Assembly (NCBI GenBank): GCA_035540955.1
Contig: DATLFP010000252.1
Location: 22,884 to 86,883, forward strand
Length of the DNA: 64,000 nt
Direction: 5' to 3'
Origin: Acidimicrobiales bacterium
GTDB lineage: Bacteria; Actinomycetota; Acidimicrobiia; Acidimicrobiales; CADCSY01
A program made the translations under genes and the position numbers. How positions within the stretch are numbered: position 1 is the stretch's first letter; the number at the start of each line of letters is the position of its first letter. Of this stretch, positions 1 to 10,712 are shown piece by piece. The notes beneath the pieces are model-generated. The model had not been told where the DNA came from and made no database searches. It saw only the letters and a program-made list of their open reading frames with translations.

Positions 1-596
1 TCGGCGGCGGGATGGTCGTCCCGCTGGGCGACATCTTCTCCCGCGGGGTGCTCGGGGGCGGGTCGGCGGGCTTCGGCCTGCTGCTCACCGGCATGGGCTT
101 CGGCATGGCGGCCGGGGTGCTGCTCGTCACCACGATGCAGCGACGGCTACCCAAGGCGCGCGTGTTCTGCTGGTCGGTGGTCGGCGCCGGCGCGGCCATC
201 ATCTGCGCGGCATCGATGAGCACGCTGACCACCGCGGTGCTGTTCGTCGCGGTGCTCGGGATCTGCGCCGGCTCGGTCTACGTGCTCGGGTTCACGATTC
301 TGCACGAGACGGTCGTCGACGAGCTGCGCGGCCGCATCTTCTCCGCCCTCTACACCCTCGTCCGGTTCTGCCTGCTCCTCTCGTTCGCGGTCGGGCCGCT
401 GCTCGCCGAGACGCTCGGCCGGCTGTCGAACGAGCTGTTCGACGGTGCGGTCACCGTCGGCGGGTTCGACATCGACCTGCCCGGGGAGCGGCTGGCGCTG
501 TGGCTGGCGGGGGTGGTCATCCTCGGCGCGGGCATGGCGGCGTTCTCGTCGCTGCGGGCCGGTGAGCGCCCCGTGACATCGGTTGACCAGGGGTAG
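1..596 (+). CDS. MFS-type transporter, C-terminal part (gene starts upstream of the window)
   Basis: Frame of ORF 12..596 stays open to the window edge. The product is a run of hydrophobic helices (GFGLLLTGMGFGMAAGVLLV, AVLFVAVLGICAGSVYVLGF, LALWLAGVVILGAGMAAF) like the second half of an MFS permease. Family call rests on topology and composition only. Confidence 0.5.
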   Translation, partial: GGGMVVPLGDIFSRGVLGGGSAGFGLLLTGMGFGMAAGVLLVTTMQRRLPKARVFCWSVVGAGAAIICAASMSTLTTAVLFVAVLGICAGSVYVLGFTILHETVVDELRGRIFSALYTLVRFCLLLSFAVGPLLAETLGRLSNELFDGAVTVGGFDIDLPGERLALWLAGVVILGAGMAAFSSLRAGERPVTSVDQG

Positions 597-1173
597 CTTC
601 ATCGCCCTCGAGGGCGGTGAAGCGAGCGGCAAGTCGACCCAGGCGGCCCGGCTGGCGGCTCGGCTCGACGCCGTCCTCACGCGTGAGCCGGGTGGCACGC
701 CGATCGGGGAGCGCATCCGGGCCCTGCTGCTGGATCCCGGGACCGCCGTGGATCCCCGCGCCGAGGCGCTGCTGATGGCGGCGGCCCGCGCCCAGCACGT
801 CCACGAGGTGATCGAGCCGGCGCTCGCCGCCGGCCGCCACGTGGTCACCGACCGGTTCACCGCCTCGTCGCTCGCGTACCAGGGCTTCGGGCGGGGGCTG
901 CCCGCCGACGAGGTGCGGGCGCTGAGCCGCTTCGCGACGGGTGGTCTCGAGCCCGACCTCTACGTCCTGCTCGACCTGGCCCCCGACGTCGCCGCCGAGC
1001 GGCGCTCGCGAGAGCACGACCGGATGGAGGCGGCGGGCGAGGCGTTCCACCGCCGGGTGCGCGACGGCTTCCTCGCGCTCGCCGACGAGCGGTGGCTGGT
1101 GGTCGACGGGTCGCTGCCGGTCGAGGACATCGAGGCGACGATCTGGTCCCGAGTGGCCAAGATGGTGCGGTGA
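583..1173 (+). CDS. tmk: thymidylate (dTMP) kinase
   Basis: P-loop FIALEGGEASGKSTQ plus TREPGGT and DRF..SSLAYQG motifs. TTG start overlaps the upstream gene by 14 nt. Confidence 0.9.
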   Translation: MTRGSFIALEGGEASGKSTQAARLAARLDAVLTREPGGTPIGERIRALLLDPGTAVDPRAEALLMAAARAQHVHEVIEPALAAGRHVVTDRFTASSLAYQGFGRGLPADEVRALSRFATGGLEPDLYVLLDLAPDVAAERRSREHDRMEAAGEAFHRRVRDGFLALADERWLVVDGSLPVEDIEATIWSRVAKMVR

Positions 1174-2231
1174 CGATCTGGGAGACGGTGCCCGGCCATC
1201 CCGACGTGGTTGCCGCGCTCCAGGCTGCCGCCCGCCGGCCCGTGCACGCCTACCTCCTCGTCGGACCGCCGGGAGCCGGGGCGCGCGCCGCGGCAACCGC
1301 GTTCGCGGCGGCCCTCGTGTGCGGCGACGGGGGCTGCGGCACCTGCCGCGACTGCTCGCGGGTGCTGGCCGGAGAGCACCCGGACGTCCTGCGGTGGGAG
1401 CCCGAGGGGGCGGCCATCGCCGCCGAGCAGATCCGCGACGAGATCGTGCCCATGGCCTACGGCACCCCGCTCGAGGCGCCCTACCGGGTCGTGGTCCTCG
1501 GGGAGATGCACCGCGCGGTCGTGCAGGCGCCGATGCTGCTCAAGACGATCGAGGAGCCGCCGGCGTCCACGGTGTTCGTGATCCTCGCCGACACCGTCAC
1601 GCCCGAGCTCGTCACGATCGCGTCGCGCTGCGCGCGCCTGTCGGTGCCGCCCCTGCCGGTCGAGGCCGTCGTCGACGCGCTCCTCGCCGCCGGGGCCGAG
1701 CCCGACCGGGCCCGCGCCGCGGCCGCCGCGTCGCTCGGCGATCTCGACCGCGCCCGGGTGCTGCTTGCCGACCCCGCGCTCGGGCAGCGGCGGGAGGCGT
1801 GGTGGCTCGTGCCGGAGCGCCTCGACGGCACCGGTGCGGCGGTCGTCGCGCTCGTCGACGAGCTCCGGAGCCGCATCGAGGACGCCGGCGACCCGCTCAA
1901 GGAGGTCCAGGCGACGGAGGCGGCCGAGCTCGAGGCGTGGGTGAAGGAGAACGGCGAGCGGGGCTCCGGGCGCAAGGAGCTGGTCGCCCGTCACCGCCGC
2001 CAGGCTCGACGTCACCGCTTCGAGGAGCTGCGCTTCGGGCTCGCCACGCTCACCGGTCGCTACCGCGAGGCGCTCGCCGACGGGACGGGTCCCGACGCCG
2101 GCGCGGTCATGACCGCCACCGCCGCCATCGACGACGCCGCCGAGGCGCTCACCCGCAACCCCAACGAGACGCTGCTCCTGCAGTCGCTGCTGCTCCGGCT
2201 GCCGTCGCTGGCGACGACGGCGCGGTCGTGA
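1170..2231 (+). CDS. holB: DNA polymerase III delta-prime subunit
   Basis: HAYLLVGPPGAG box, Zn module CGDGGCGTCRDC and SRC box (IASRCARL). ORF 1092..2231 trimmed to GTG 1170, which forms a GTGA overlap with the tmk stop. tmk-holB adjacency is widely conserved. Confidence 0.85.
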   Translation: MTIWETVPGHPDVVAALQAAARRPVHAYLLVGPPGAGARAAATAFAAALVCGDGGCGTCRDCSRVLAGEHPDVLRWEPEGAAIAAEQIRDEIVPMAYGTPLEAPYRVVVLGEMHRAVVQAPMLLKTIEEPPASTVFVILADTVTPELVTIASRCARLSVPPLPVEAVVDALLAAGAEPDRARAAAAASLGDLDRARVLLADPALGQRREAWWLVPERLDGTGAAVVALVDELRSRIEDAGDPLKEVQATEAAELEAWVKENGERGSGRKELVARHRRQARRHRFEELRFGLATLTGRYREALADGTGPDAGAVMTATAAIDDAAEALTRNPNETLLLQSLLLRLPSLATTARS

Positions 2232-2278
2232 ACGCCGTCGGGGCCGGGAAGGGCCGCTGGTAGCCTGGCCGGTCCCGC

Positions 2279-2354
2279 GCCCGAGTAGCTCAGTCGGCAG
2301 AGCATCTCACTCGTAATGAGAAGGTCAAGGGTTCGATTCCCTTCTCGGGCTCCA
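2279..2354 (+). tRNA. tRNA-Thr (anticodon CGU), CCA encoded
   Basis: Hand-folded cloverleaf: acceptor GCCCGAG/CTCGGGC, D stem GCTC/GAGC, anticodon stem TCTCA/TGAGA with loop CTCGTAA, T stem AAGGG/CCCTT with TTCGATT loop, discriminator T and CCA. Confidence 0.9.
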
Positions 2355-2370
2355 CGGCTGGCGAGTCACC

Positions 2371-2419
2371 GTTCCGTGTCGATCTTGCGTGCCGTCGGCA
2401 CGCAACGGCGACACAGAAC
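2371..2419. repeat. 49-nt imperfect palindrome GTTCCGTGTCG...CGACACAGAAC (repeat copy A; probable bidirectional terminator)
   Basis: Lies in the convergent gap between tRNA-Thr (+) and the 2426..2788 gene (-). Its reverse complement matches 37653..37701 at 42/49 positions, including 11-nt termini and 7-nt inner arms TTGCGTG/CACGCAA. Confidence 0.7.
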
Positions 2420-2425
2420 ACCGGA

Positions 2426-2788
2426 CTACGGCTCGACGACGATCCAGCCGCGGCGTTGCAGCTCGGCGGCGAGCTGTTCGGCGGGCAGGTCCCGCAACGT
2501 CCGCTCGACGGCGGTGAGGCGCACCACCGGCGCCGGGGTGGCGGGCTCGCCGCTGCCGCTGCCGCTGCCGCTGCCGTCGCCACCGGCCCCGCTCGCCGCC
2601 TCCTGCAGCCGCTCGATGAGCTCGGTCGCTTCGTCGCGGGTGAACTTGCCGCCGGCCTGGCGCTGGGTGAAGCCCATCGGGCCGCGGGCGTCGCGGAAGT
2701 CGACATGTCCCGCCTCCTGGAGGAGCGCGAGCAGCTCCGCGACCTGTCTCGCCGTCGCCGGCGGTCCCGACTGCTGACCGAACGCCAT
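2426..2788 (-). CDS. hypothetical protein (120 aa) with internal Gly-Ser repeat
   Basis: C-terminal part of ORF 2426..3484, trimmed to ATG 2788 (MAFGQQSG...) because the rest is antisense to the sigH gene. No family recognised. Contains GDGSGSGSGSGE encoded by a (GCCGCT)x4 tract on the + strand. Confidence 0.45.
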   Translation of the reverse strand: MAFGQQSGPPATARQVAELLALLQEAGHVDFRDARGPMGFTQRQAGGKFTRDEATELIERLQEAASGAGGDGSGSGSGSGEPATPAPVVRLTAVERTLRDLPAEQLAAELQRRGWIVVEP

Positions 2789-2869
2789 GGGTCGCAGTCT
2801 GGCACCGGGGTGTGACGGTCTCGGCGCCGAGGTCGGTGCGCTGCCGGGTGCGGGGTACGGTCCCCCTCG

Positions 2870-3472
2870 ATGGCCGACCAGGAGCGGTTCGCCGACCAGG
2901 CGATGGAGCACATGGACTCGCTCTACGCCGGCGCGCTCCGGATGACCCGCAACCCGGCCGATGCCGAGGACCTCGTGCAGGAGACGTACCTGAAGGCCTA
3001 CCGCGGCTTCGGGGGCTTCCAGGAGGGCACCAACCTCAAGGCATGGCTGTTCCGGATCCTCACCAACACCTACATCAACCGGTACCGCCAGCAGAAGCGC
3101 CGCCCCGAGGAGACCGACCTCGACGACGTCGAGGACTTCTACCTGTACCGCCGGCTGGGGGGCATCGACGAGGCTCGCATCAGCAAGAGCGCCGAGGACA
3201 CCCTGCTCGAGCTGTTCACCGACGACGAGGTGAAGGACGCCCTCGAGTCGCTGCCGGAGAGCTTCCGGATGGCCGTGCTCCTGGCCGACGTCGAGGGGTT
3301 CGCCTACAAGGAGATCGCCGAGATCCTCGACATCCCGATCGGTACCGTCATGAGCAGGCTGCACCGAGGAAGAAAGGCGCTGCAGAAGGCGTTGTACGAC
3401 TTCGCCGTCGACCGAGGCCTGGTCGACCGAGCCGACGACGAGCACGCGGAGGAGCCCGCAACCCGTGGCTGA
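2870..3472 (+). CDS. sigH: ECF sigma factor, actinobacterial SigH/SigR type
   Basis: Near-identical blocks to mycobacterial SigH as remembered: [65 protein letters not shown]. Confidence 0.9.
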   Translation: MADQERFADQAMEHMDSLYAGALRMTRNPADAEDLVQETYLKAYRGFGGFQEGTNLKAWLFRILTNTYINRYRQQKRRPEETDLDDVEDFYLYRRLGGIDEARISKSAEDTLLELFTDDEVKDALESLPESFRMAVLLADVEGFAYKEIAEILDIPIGTVMSRLHRGRKALQKALYDFAVDRGLVDRADDEHAEEPATRG

Positions 3473-3710
3473 GCCCGATCCCAAGCCGGAGTGCCGCCAG
3501 GCGCTGGAGGAGCTCTACACGTTCCTCGACGGCGAGCTCACCGCCGAGAGCCGGGAGCACATCCGGGGCCACCTCGACGACTGCAACCCCTGCCTCGAGG
3601 CCTACGATTTCGAGGCCGAGCTCCGCATCGTGATCTCCACCAAGTGCCGGGAGTCGGTCCCCGAGTCGCTCAAGGAGCGGATCCGAGCCCAAATCCTGCG
3701 CGAGTCGTAG
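3465..3710 (+). CDS. rshA: zinc-binding anti-sigma factor (RshA/RsrA, ZAS family)
   Basis: GTG start overlaps the sigH stop by 8 nt. N-terminal Cys (ECRQALEEL) plus ZAS motif HLDDCNPC. Position immediately downstream of sigH fits the family. Confidence 0.85.
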   Translation: MAEPDPKPECRQALEELYTFLDGELTAESREHIRGHLDDCNPCLEAYDFEAELRIVISTKCRESVPESLKERIRAQILRES

Positions 3711-3730
3711 ACCTCTCTAGGATCGGGACC

Positions 3731-3862
3731 ATGGTTCTCGCCGGGGAGGTCTGGCACTACTGGATCGGGGTCCCGCTCGCCGTGGGCGCCGTCCTTGCGG
3801 TCATCGCGACCGTCATTGGGTACTTCGTGAAGATGAACTCGCTCAAGTACCCAAGGAAGTAG
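3731..3862 (+). CDS. small hydrophobic protein (43 aa), single predicted TM helix
   Basis: ATG 3731 within ORF 3491..3862. MVLAGEVWHYWIGVPLAVGAVLAVIATVIGYFVKMNSLKYPRK. Its TAG stop shares one nt with the GTG start of the next gene (TAGTG), suggesting coupling. No homology evidence. Confidence 0.4.
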   Translation: MVLAGEVWHYWIGVPLAVGAVLAVIATVIGYFVKMNSLKYPRK

Positions 3863-4926
3863 TGGATCCCGTCGCCTGGGACCTGGCCGAGCGTGTCGCC
3901 GTCCGGGTCGCCGGCCGGGAGCCCTTCGCCGATTCGTACCACCACGACTCCCTCGTCCCCGACTTCGCCGAGCTGACCGCCGAGGCCGAAGACCTCGTCG
4001 CCGAGGAGACCGGGCTCCGGTCGCTCGCCGGCCCCGCTCGGGCCCGGGTCACCGACCGTGCCGGCTGGGTGCGGGCCAACCTGACCGCGTTCCGGCGGAT
4101 GCTGTTGCCGGTCACCGAGAAGCTGGCGTCGCGGCTCGACGAGGAGGCGCTGAGCGCCAAGGTCACCCGGTCGGTCGCCGGCGTCGAGATCGGCACCCTG
4201 CTCGGCTGGATGTCGACCCGCGTGCTCGGCCAGTACGACCTCCTCATCGTCGAGGAGGAGGGCGACGCCGATCAGGACTTCGTCTACTACGTCGGCCCCA
4301 ACGTGCTCGCCATCGAGAAGCGCTATGGGTTCCCACCCCGCGAGTTCCGGCTCTGGCTCGCGATCCACGAGGTCACCCACCGGGCTCAGTTCACCGGGGT
4401 GCCCTGGCTGCGCCCCCACTTCCTCGGCCTCGTGCACCAGACCCTCGACAGCGTCGAGCCCGACCCCCGCCGGCTGCTCGAAGGCATCCGACGCGCCGTG
4501 AGCGAGGTGCGGGCCGGGCGCAACCCGCTCGACGAAGGCGGGCTGGTGGCGCTGTTCGCCACCGACGAGCAGCTGGCCGTCATCCAGCAGATCGGCGGGA
4601 TGATGAGCCTGCTCGAGGGCCACGGCGACGTGACGATGGATCGGGCCGCCCGCCATCGCATCCCGTCGGCGCCGCGCTTCAGCCGCGTGCTCAAGCACCG
4701 CCGGGCGAGTGGCTCGCCGGGGGCCAAGCTCGTCCAGCAGCTCATCGGTCTCGAGGCGAAGCTCAACCAGTACGCCCAGGGCGAAGCGTTCATCGCGGCC
4801 GTCGAGGCGGCGGGTGGGCGCGCCCTGCTCGACACGGCCTGGGAGGGGCCCGACCGGCTCCCGAGCCTGGCCGAGATCCGAGATCCGCGGCAGTGGATCG
4901 AGCGCGTCGGCGAGCGTGCCGCGTAG
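3862..4926 (+). CDS. zinc-dependent metalloprotease, DUF2342 / F420-biosynthesis-associated hydrolase family
   Basis: HExxH motif (IHEVTHRAQF). Overall pattern (LGQYDLL..., GPNVLAIEKRYGFP, MSLLEGHGDVTMD) recalls the actinobacterial DUF2342 family. Confidence 0.75.
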   Translation: MDPVAWDLAERVAVRVAGREPFADSYHHDSLVPDFAELTAEAEDLVAEETGLRSLAGPARARVTDRAGWVRANLTAFRRMLLPVTEKLASRLDEEALSAKVTRSVAGVEIGTLLGWMSTRVLGQYDLLIVEEEGDADQDFVYYVGPNVLAIEKRYGFPPREFRLWLAIHEVTHRAQFTGVPWLRPHFLGLVHQTLDSVEPDPRRLLEGIRRAVSEVRAGRNPLDEGGLVALFATDEQLAVIQQIGGMMSLLEGHGDVTMDRAARHRIPSAPRFSRVLKHRRASGSPGAKLVQQLIGLEAKLNQYAQGEAFIAAVEAAGGRALLDTAWEGPDRLPSLAEIRDPRQWIERVGERAA

Positions 4927-4963
4927 CCTGGCTCGGCATCGTCAGGAGTAGCCCAGAGAGGCT

Positions 4964-5719
4964 GTGGTGGCAACGATCCTCGTGGTCGACGACGAACCGG
5001 ACATCCGCCAGCTCGTCCAGCTCAACCTCGAGCTGGATGGCCATCGCGTCATCACGGCGGGCGACGGCAACGAGGCGCTCAAGGTGCTCGAGACCGAGAT
5101 CCCCGACGTGATGCTGCTCGACCTCAACATGCCCGAGCTCGACGGCTGGGCGGTCCTCCAGCGCATCAAGGAGGCGGGCGACACCGACATCAGCCGGATC
5201 CCGGTGCTCATGCTCACCGCCTACGACACCGCCGACAACCGCGTGCGCGGCGGCATCGAGGGCGCCATCCGCTACCTCACCAAGCCGTTCTCGCCCGTCG
5301 CGCTGCGCGACGAGATCCGCGGCGCGCTCGAAGGCGACCCCGAGCCGGTCAAGCGCCGACGGGCGCAGCAGGCCGCGCTCGAGCAGCTGGCACGCATGGA
5401 GAAGGGTGCCGACCCGCTGGCGGGCTCGCCCTTCACCCGCACCCGCCTCACCCGGCTCGAGCACCGCCCGACCCCGGCACCGGAGCCGAAGCTGGTCACC
5501 GACGCCCGCCACAAGCTGGACGACCTCACCGAGAAGCAGCGCGATCTCCTCGAGCGGCTGTCGTCGGCCGCGTCCGTGAGCGATGCCGCCACCGACCTGG
5601 GGGTCAGCCGGTCGAACGTCTACGCCAGCCTGCGCCGGATCAGCCGGAAGCTCGGGATCGCGTCGGTCCCCGACCTGCTCGTCCTCGTCCGCGACGGCTC
5701 GCTCCTCGGCGAGGCCTGA
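4964..5719 (+). CDS. response regulator (REC domain) with C-terminal helix-turn-helix
   Basis: REC signature ILVVDDEPDIRQL...DVMLLDLNMPELDG...TKPF. C-terminal LTEKQRDLLERL...ATDLGVSRSNVYASLRRISRKLG looks like a LuxR/sigma-region-4-like HTH. No histidine kinase lies adjacent. Confidence 0.8.
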   Translation: MVATILVVDDEPDIRQLVQLNLELDGHRVITAGDGNEALKVLETEIPDVMLLDLNMPELDGWAVLQRIKEAGDTDISRIPVLMLTAYDTADNRVRGGIEGAIRYLTKPFSPVALRDEIRGALEGDPEPVKRRRAQQAALEQLARMEKGADPLAGSPFTRTRLTRLEHRPTPAPEPKLVTDARHKLDDLTEKQRDLLERLSSAASVSDAATDLGVSRSNVYASLRRISRKLGIASVPDLLVLVRDGSLLGEA

Positions 5720-5760
5720 CGACCCGTGGCGGTTCGTGTCGGCTGCCGGCACGAAGCGCC

Positions 5761-6618
5761 GTGAAGCGCGGCGCCCTGCTCGACCGGTGCACGTTCCCGG
5801 CTCCCGGCTCCACGGCGGTCGCCGCCGTCTCCGGTGGTGCCGACTCGCTGGCGCTCCTCGCCCTGGCCGTCGACGCCGGGCTGCGCGTCACCGCCGTCCA
5901 CGTCGACCACGGCCTCCGGCCGGGCTCGGCCGACGAGGCCGATGCCGTGCGGGCGGCGGCGGTCGAGCTCGGCGCGGCGTTCCGGGCCGAGCGGGTCGAG
6001 GTCGAACGGGGACCGAACCTCGAGGCGCGGGCCCGTGCGGCGCGACAGGCGGCGCTCCCACCGGGCGCGATGACCGGGCACACCGCCGACGACCAGGCCG
6101 AGACCGTGCTGCTGAACCTGGTGCGGGGAGCCGGCACCGACGGCCTTGCCGCGATGCGTCAGGGACCGACCAAGCCGATCCTCGCCCTGCGACGGTCGGA
6201 GACCCGCGCGCTGTGCGCGGCCCGGGGCTTCACCCCGCTCGAGGATCCCAGCAACGCCGACCCCGCGCACCGGCGCAACCGGATGCGCCACGAGGTGCTG
6301 CCGCTCCTCGACGACGTGGCGGCGCGGGACGTCGCCGCCGTGCTGGCCCGCGGGGCGTCGCTGCTGGCTGAAGACGCCGCCCTCCTCGACTGCCTCGCCG
6401 AGCGGATCGACCCCACCGACGCCGCCGCCCTGGCGGAGGCGCCGCCGGCGCTGGCGCGGCGGGCGCTGCGGCGCCTGCTCGGTGGCGACCACCCGCCCGA
6501 CGCGGCTGCCGTCGAGCGGGTGCTGGCCGTCGCCCGCGGCGAGCGGCTGGCCACCGAGGTGGCCGGCGGTCTCCGAGTCCGGCGCACCGCCGGGCGCCTC
6601 GTACTCTCTGCACCGTGA
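5761..6618 (+). CDS. tilS: tRNA(Ile)-lysidine synthase
   Basis: PP-loop AVSGGADSLALL and TGHTADDQAETVLLNLVRG. Conserved tilS-hpt-ftsH order. Confidence 0.85.
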   Translation: MKRGALLDRCTFPAPGSTAVAAVSGGADSLALLALAVDAGLRVTAVHVDHGLRPGSADEADAVRAAAVELGAAFRAERVEVERGPNLEARARAARQAALPPGAMTGHTADDQAETVLLNLVRGAGTDGLAAMRQGPTKPILALRRSETRALCAARGFTPLEDPSNADPAHRRNRMRHEVLPLLDDVAARDVAAVLARGASLLAEDAALLDCLAERIDPTDAAALAEAPPALARRALRRLLGGDHPPDAAAVERVLAVARGERLATEVAGGLRVRRTAGRLVLSAP

Positions 6619-7187
6619 CCCGCCGCCTCCCGCCGCCCCACGACGAGAACCCGCGACTGGGCGAGCTCGTCATCAGCGAGGACGACCTCCAGAACCGCAT
6701 CGCCGAGCTCGGGAAGCAGCTCACCGCCGACTACGCCGGCCGCCCCCCGCTCCTGGTCGGCGTGCTCAAGGGTGCGTTCGTGTTCATGTCGGACCTCGCC
6801 CGGGCCATCGACCTCCCCGTCGAGTTCGACTTCATGGCGGTGTCGTCCTACGGCAGCGCCACCAAGACCAGCGGCGTCGTCCGCATCGTCAAGGACCTCG
6901 ATCTCGACCTCACCGGCCGCCACGTCCTGCTCGTCGAGGACATCGTCGACAGCGGCCTGACCCTCGCCTACCTCCGCCGCAACCTGCTGGCCCGCGGCCC
7001 GGCCAGCCTCGAGGTCTGCGCCCTGCTGGTGCGCGAAGGCAACGACAAGGTCGATCTCGACCTCAAGTACGTCGGCTTCCGGATCCCGCCGGCGTTCGTC
7101 GTCGGCTACGGCCTCGACGTCGCCGAGCAGTACCGGAACCTCCCGTTCGTGTGCGTCTACAACGAGGAGCCGAGGGGCGCTGTCTGA
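6615..7187 (+). CDS. hpt: hypoxanthine phosphoribosyltransferase
   Basis: PRPP-binding loop VLLVEDIVDSGLTL plus DFMAVSSYG and VGYGLDVAEQYRNLP. GTGA overlap with tilS. Confidence 0.9.
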   Translation: MTRRLPPPHDENPRLGELVISEDDLQNRIAELGKQLTADYAGRPPLLVGVLKGAFVFMSDLARAIDLPVEFDFMAVSSYGSATKTSGVVRIVKDLDLDLTGRHVLLVEDIVDSGLTLAYLRRNLLARGPASLEVCALLVREGNDKVDLDLKYVGFRIPPAFVVGYGLDVAEQYRNLPFVCVYNEEPRGAV

Positions 7188-7226
7188 GGGGGCGCCGGTA
7201 CCCTGAGGGACTCTCCGACCCTCGAG

Positions 7227-9149
<1,923 letters not shown>

Positions 9150-9151
9150 CG

Positions 9152-9724
9152 GTGGCCGTCGATCGCGCCCGCGTCGAGGCGGCCGTGCGCGAGATCCTGC
9201 TCGCCGTCGGCGAGGATCCCGACCGCGACGGCCTGCTCGACACGCCCGCCCGCGTGGCTCGCATGTACGACGAGGTCCTGGCGGGCATCGGCCAGAACGC
9301 CGAGGCCCACCTCGAGGTGACCTTCGACGCCGACCACGACGAGATGATCATGGTGCGCGACATCGCGCTGGTGTCCAACTGCGAGCACCACATGATCCCC
9401 TTCATCGGCAAGGCGCACGTGGCGTACATCCCGGGCAAGGACGGCCGCATCACCGGGTTGTCGAAGCTGGCCCGACTCGTCGACGTCTACGCCCGGCGCC
9501 TGCAGGTGCAGGAGCGGCTCACGTCGCAGATCGCCGACACGCTCGAGCGCGAGCTCGAGCCCCGCGGCGTGTTGGTGGTGATCGAGGCCGAGCACCTGTG
9601 CATGTCGATGCGCGGCGTGCGCAAGCCGGGTTCGACGACGGTGACCTCGGCGGTGCGGGGCCTGTTCCGGGAGAGCGTCGCCACTCGGGCCGAGGCGATG
9701 AACTTCATCCACCGTGGAAGCTGA
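9152..9724 (+). CDS. folE: GTP cyclohydrolase I
   Basis: [20 protein letters not shown] and QERLT motifs. 2 nt after the ftsH stop. Confidence 0.95.
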   Translation: MAVDRARVEAAVREILLAVGEDPDRDGLLDTPARVARMYDEVLAGIGQNAEAHLEVTFDADHDEMIMVRDIALVSNCEHHMIPFIGKAHVAYIPGKDGRITGLSKLARLVDVYARRLQVQERLTSQIADTLERELEPRGVLVVIEAEHLCMSMRGVRKPGSTTVTSAVRGLFRESVATRAEAMNFIHRGS

Positions 9725-10712
9725 GCCGGACCTGACCGACCCGGCGAGCGGGGATCCCAACGCCCGGCGCATCGCGCTGGCGGTGTCGTGCCGCGACACC
9801 GACGTCATCCCGAAAGTGGCAGGCGCCGGCGACGTCCGGGACGGCGTCCAGGTGATGCACAACGGCCTGCTCGTCGAGGCCGACGGCTACCAGGGGCCGT
9901 GGATGACCGAGATCATCCGCCGGCTGCGCGGCCACCACGAGCCGCAGGAGGAGCTCGCCTTCCACGCCGTGATCGAGCGGCTGGCGGCGTCGGAGACGAA
10001 CCCGGCGGTGATCGAGCTCGGGTCGTGGTGGGCGTACTACTCGCTCTGGGCGCGATGCCGGATCCCGGGCGCCCGCTCGTTCTGCGTCGAGCCCGACCTG
10101 CCCTACCTTGAGCTCGGCCGCCGCAACTTCGAGCTCAACGGGCTCGACGCCGTGTTCCACCACGCCGCGGTGGGCCAGCTTTCGCAACCGCCGCAGCCGT
10201 TCTTGTGCGAGAGCGACGGCCGGGACCACGACGTGCCGTTCGAGAGCCTCGGCTCGTTGCTCGATCGCTTCGGACTCGCCCGCGCCGACCTCGTGCTGGT
10301 CGATGTCCAGGGCGCCGAGACGCCTCTCCTCGACGGCGCCCGCGAGCTGCTGCGCGGCGGTGCTGTGCGCTTCATGGTGATCTCCACCCACCACCACGCC
10401 ATCAGCGGCGACCCGCTCACCCACCAGCGCTGCCTCATGCTGCTGCGCGAGCTCGGCGCGCACGTCGTGACCGAGCACACTGTGGCGGAGTCCTTCACGG
10501 GCGACGGCCTCATCGTCGTGTCCTTCGACGAGCGCGACCGCGACCTCACCGTCGTCACCTCCCACTGCCGGGTCGGCGACTCCCTCTTCGGCGACCCGCT
10601 GTGGGACCTGGCCGGGGCTCGCGACGAGGTCGCCGGCCTCCGCGCCCAGCTCGCGACCGCCGCGGCCGAGCCCGCGCCGGCTCCCGCTCGCCGCCGGTTC
10701 CGGCGACGATGA
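9714..10712 (+). CDS. FkbM-family SAM-dependent methyltransferase (embedded in the folate operon)
   Basis: Methyltransf_21-like blocks [39 protein letters not shown] start overlaps the folE stop by 11 nt and its stop overlaps the folP ATG by 4 nt. Confidence 0.6.
   Translation: MEAEPDLTDPASGDPNARRIALAVSCRDTDVIPKVAGAGDVRDGVQVMHNGLLVEADGYQGPWMTEIIRRLRGHHEPQEELAFHAVIERLAASETNPAVIELGSWWAYYSLWARCRIPGARSFCVEPDLPYLELGRRNFELNGLDAVFHHAAVGQLSQPPQPFLCESDGRDHDVPFESLGSLLDRFGLARADLVLVDVQGAETPLLDGARELLRGGAVRFMVISTHHHAISGDPLTHQRCLMLLRELGAHVVTEHTVAESFTGDGLIVVSFDERDRDLTVVTSHCRVGDSLFGDPLWDLAGARDEVAGLRAQLATAAAEPAPAPARRRFRRR

Noticed and set aside
2279-2354. tRNA-Thr genes (also 35060..35132) as possible genomic-island or prophage integration sites
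   Set aside because: I saw no integrase, no duplicated tRNA 3' end and no compositional break. The flanking genes are conserved housekeeping genes in conserved order.
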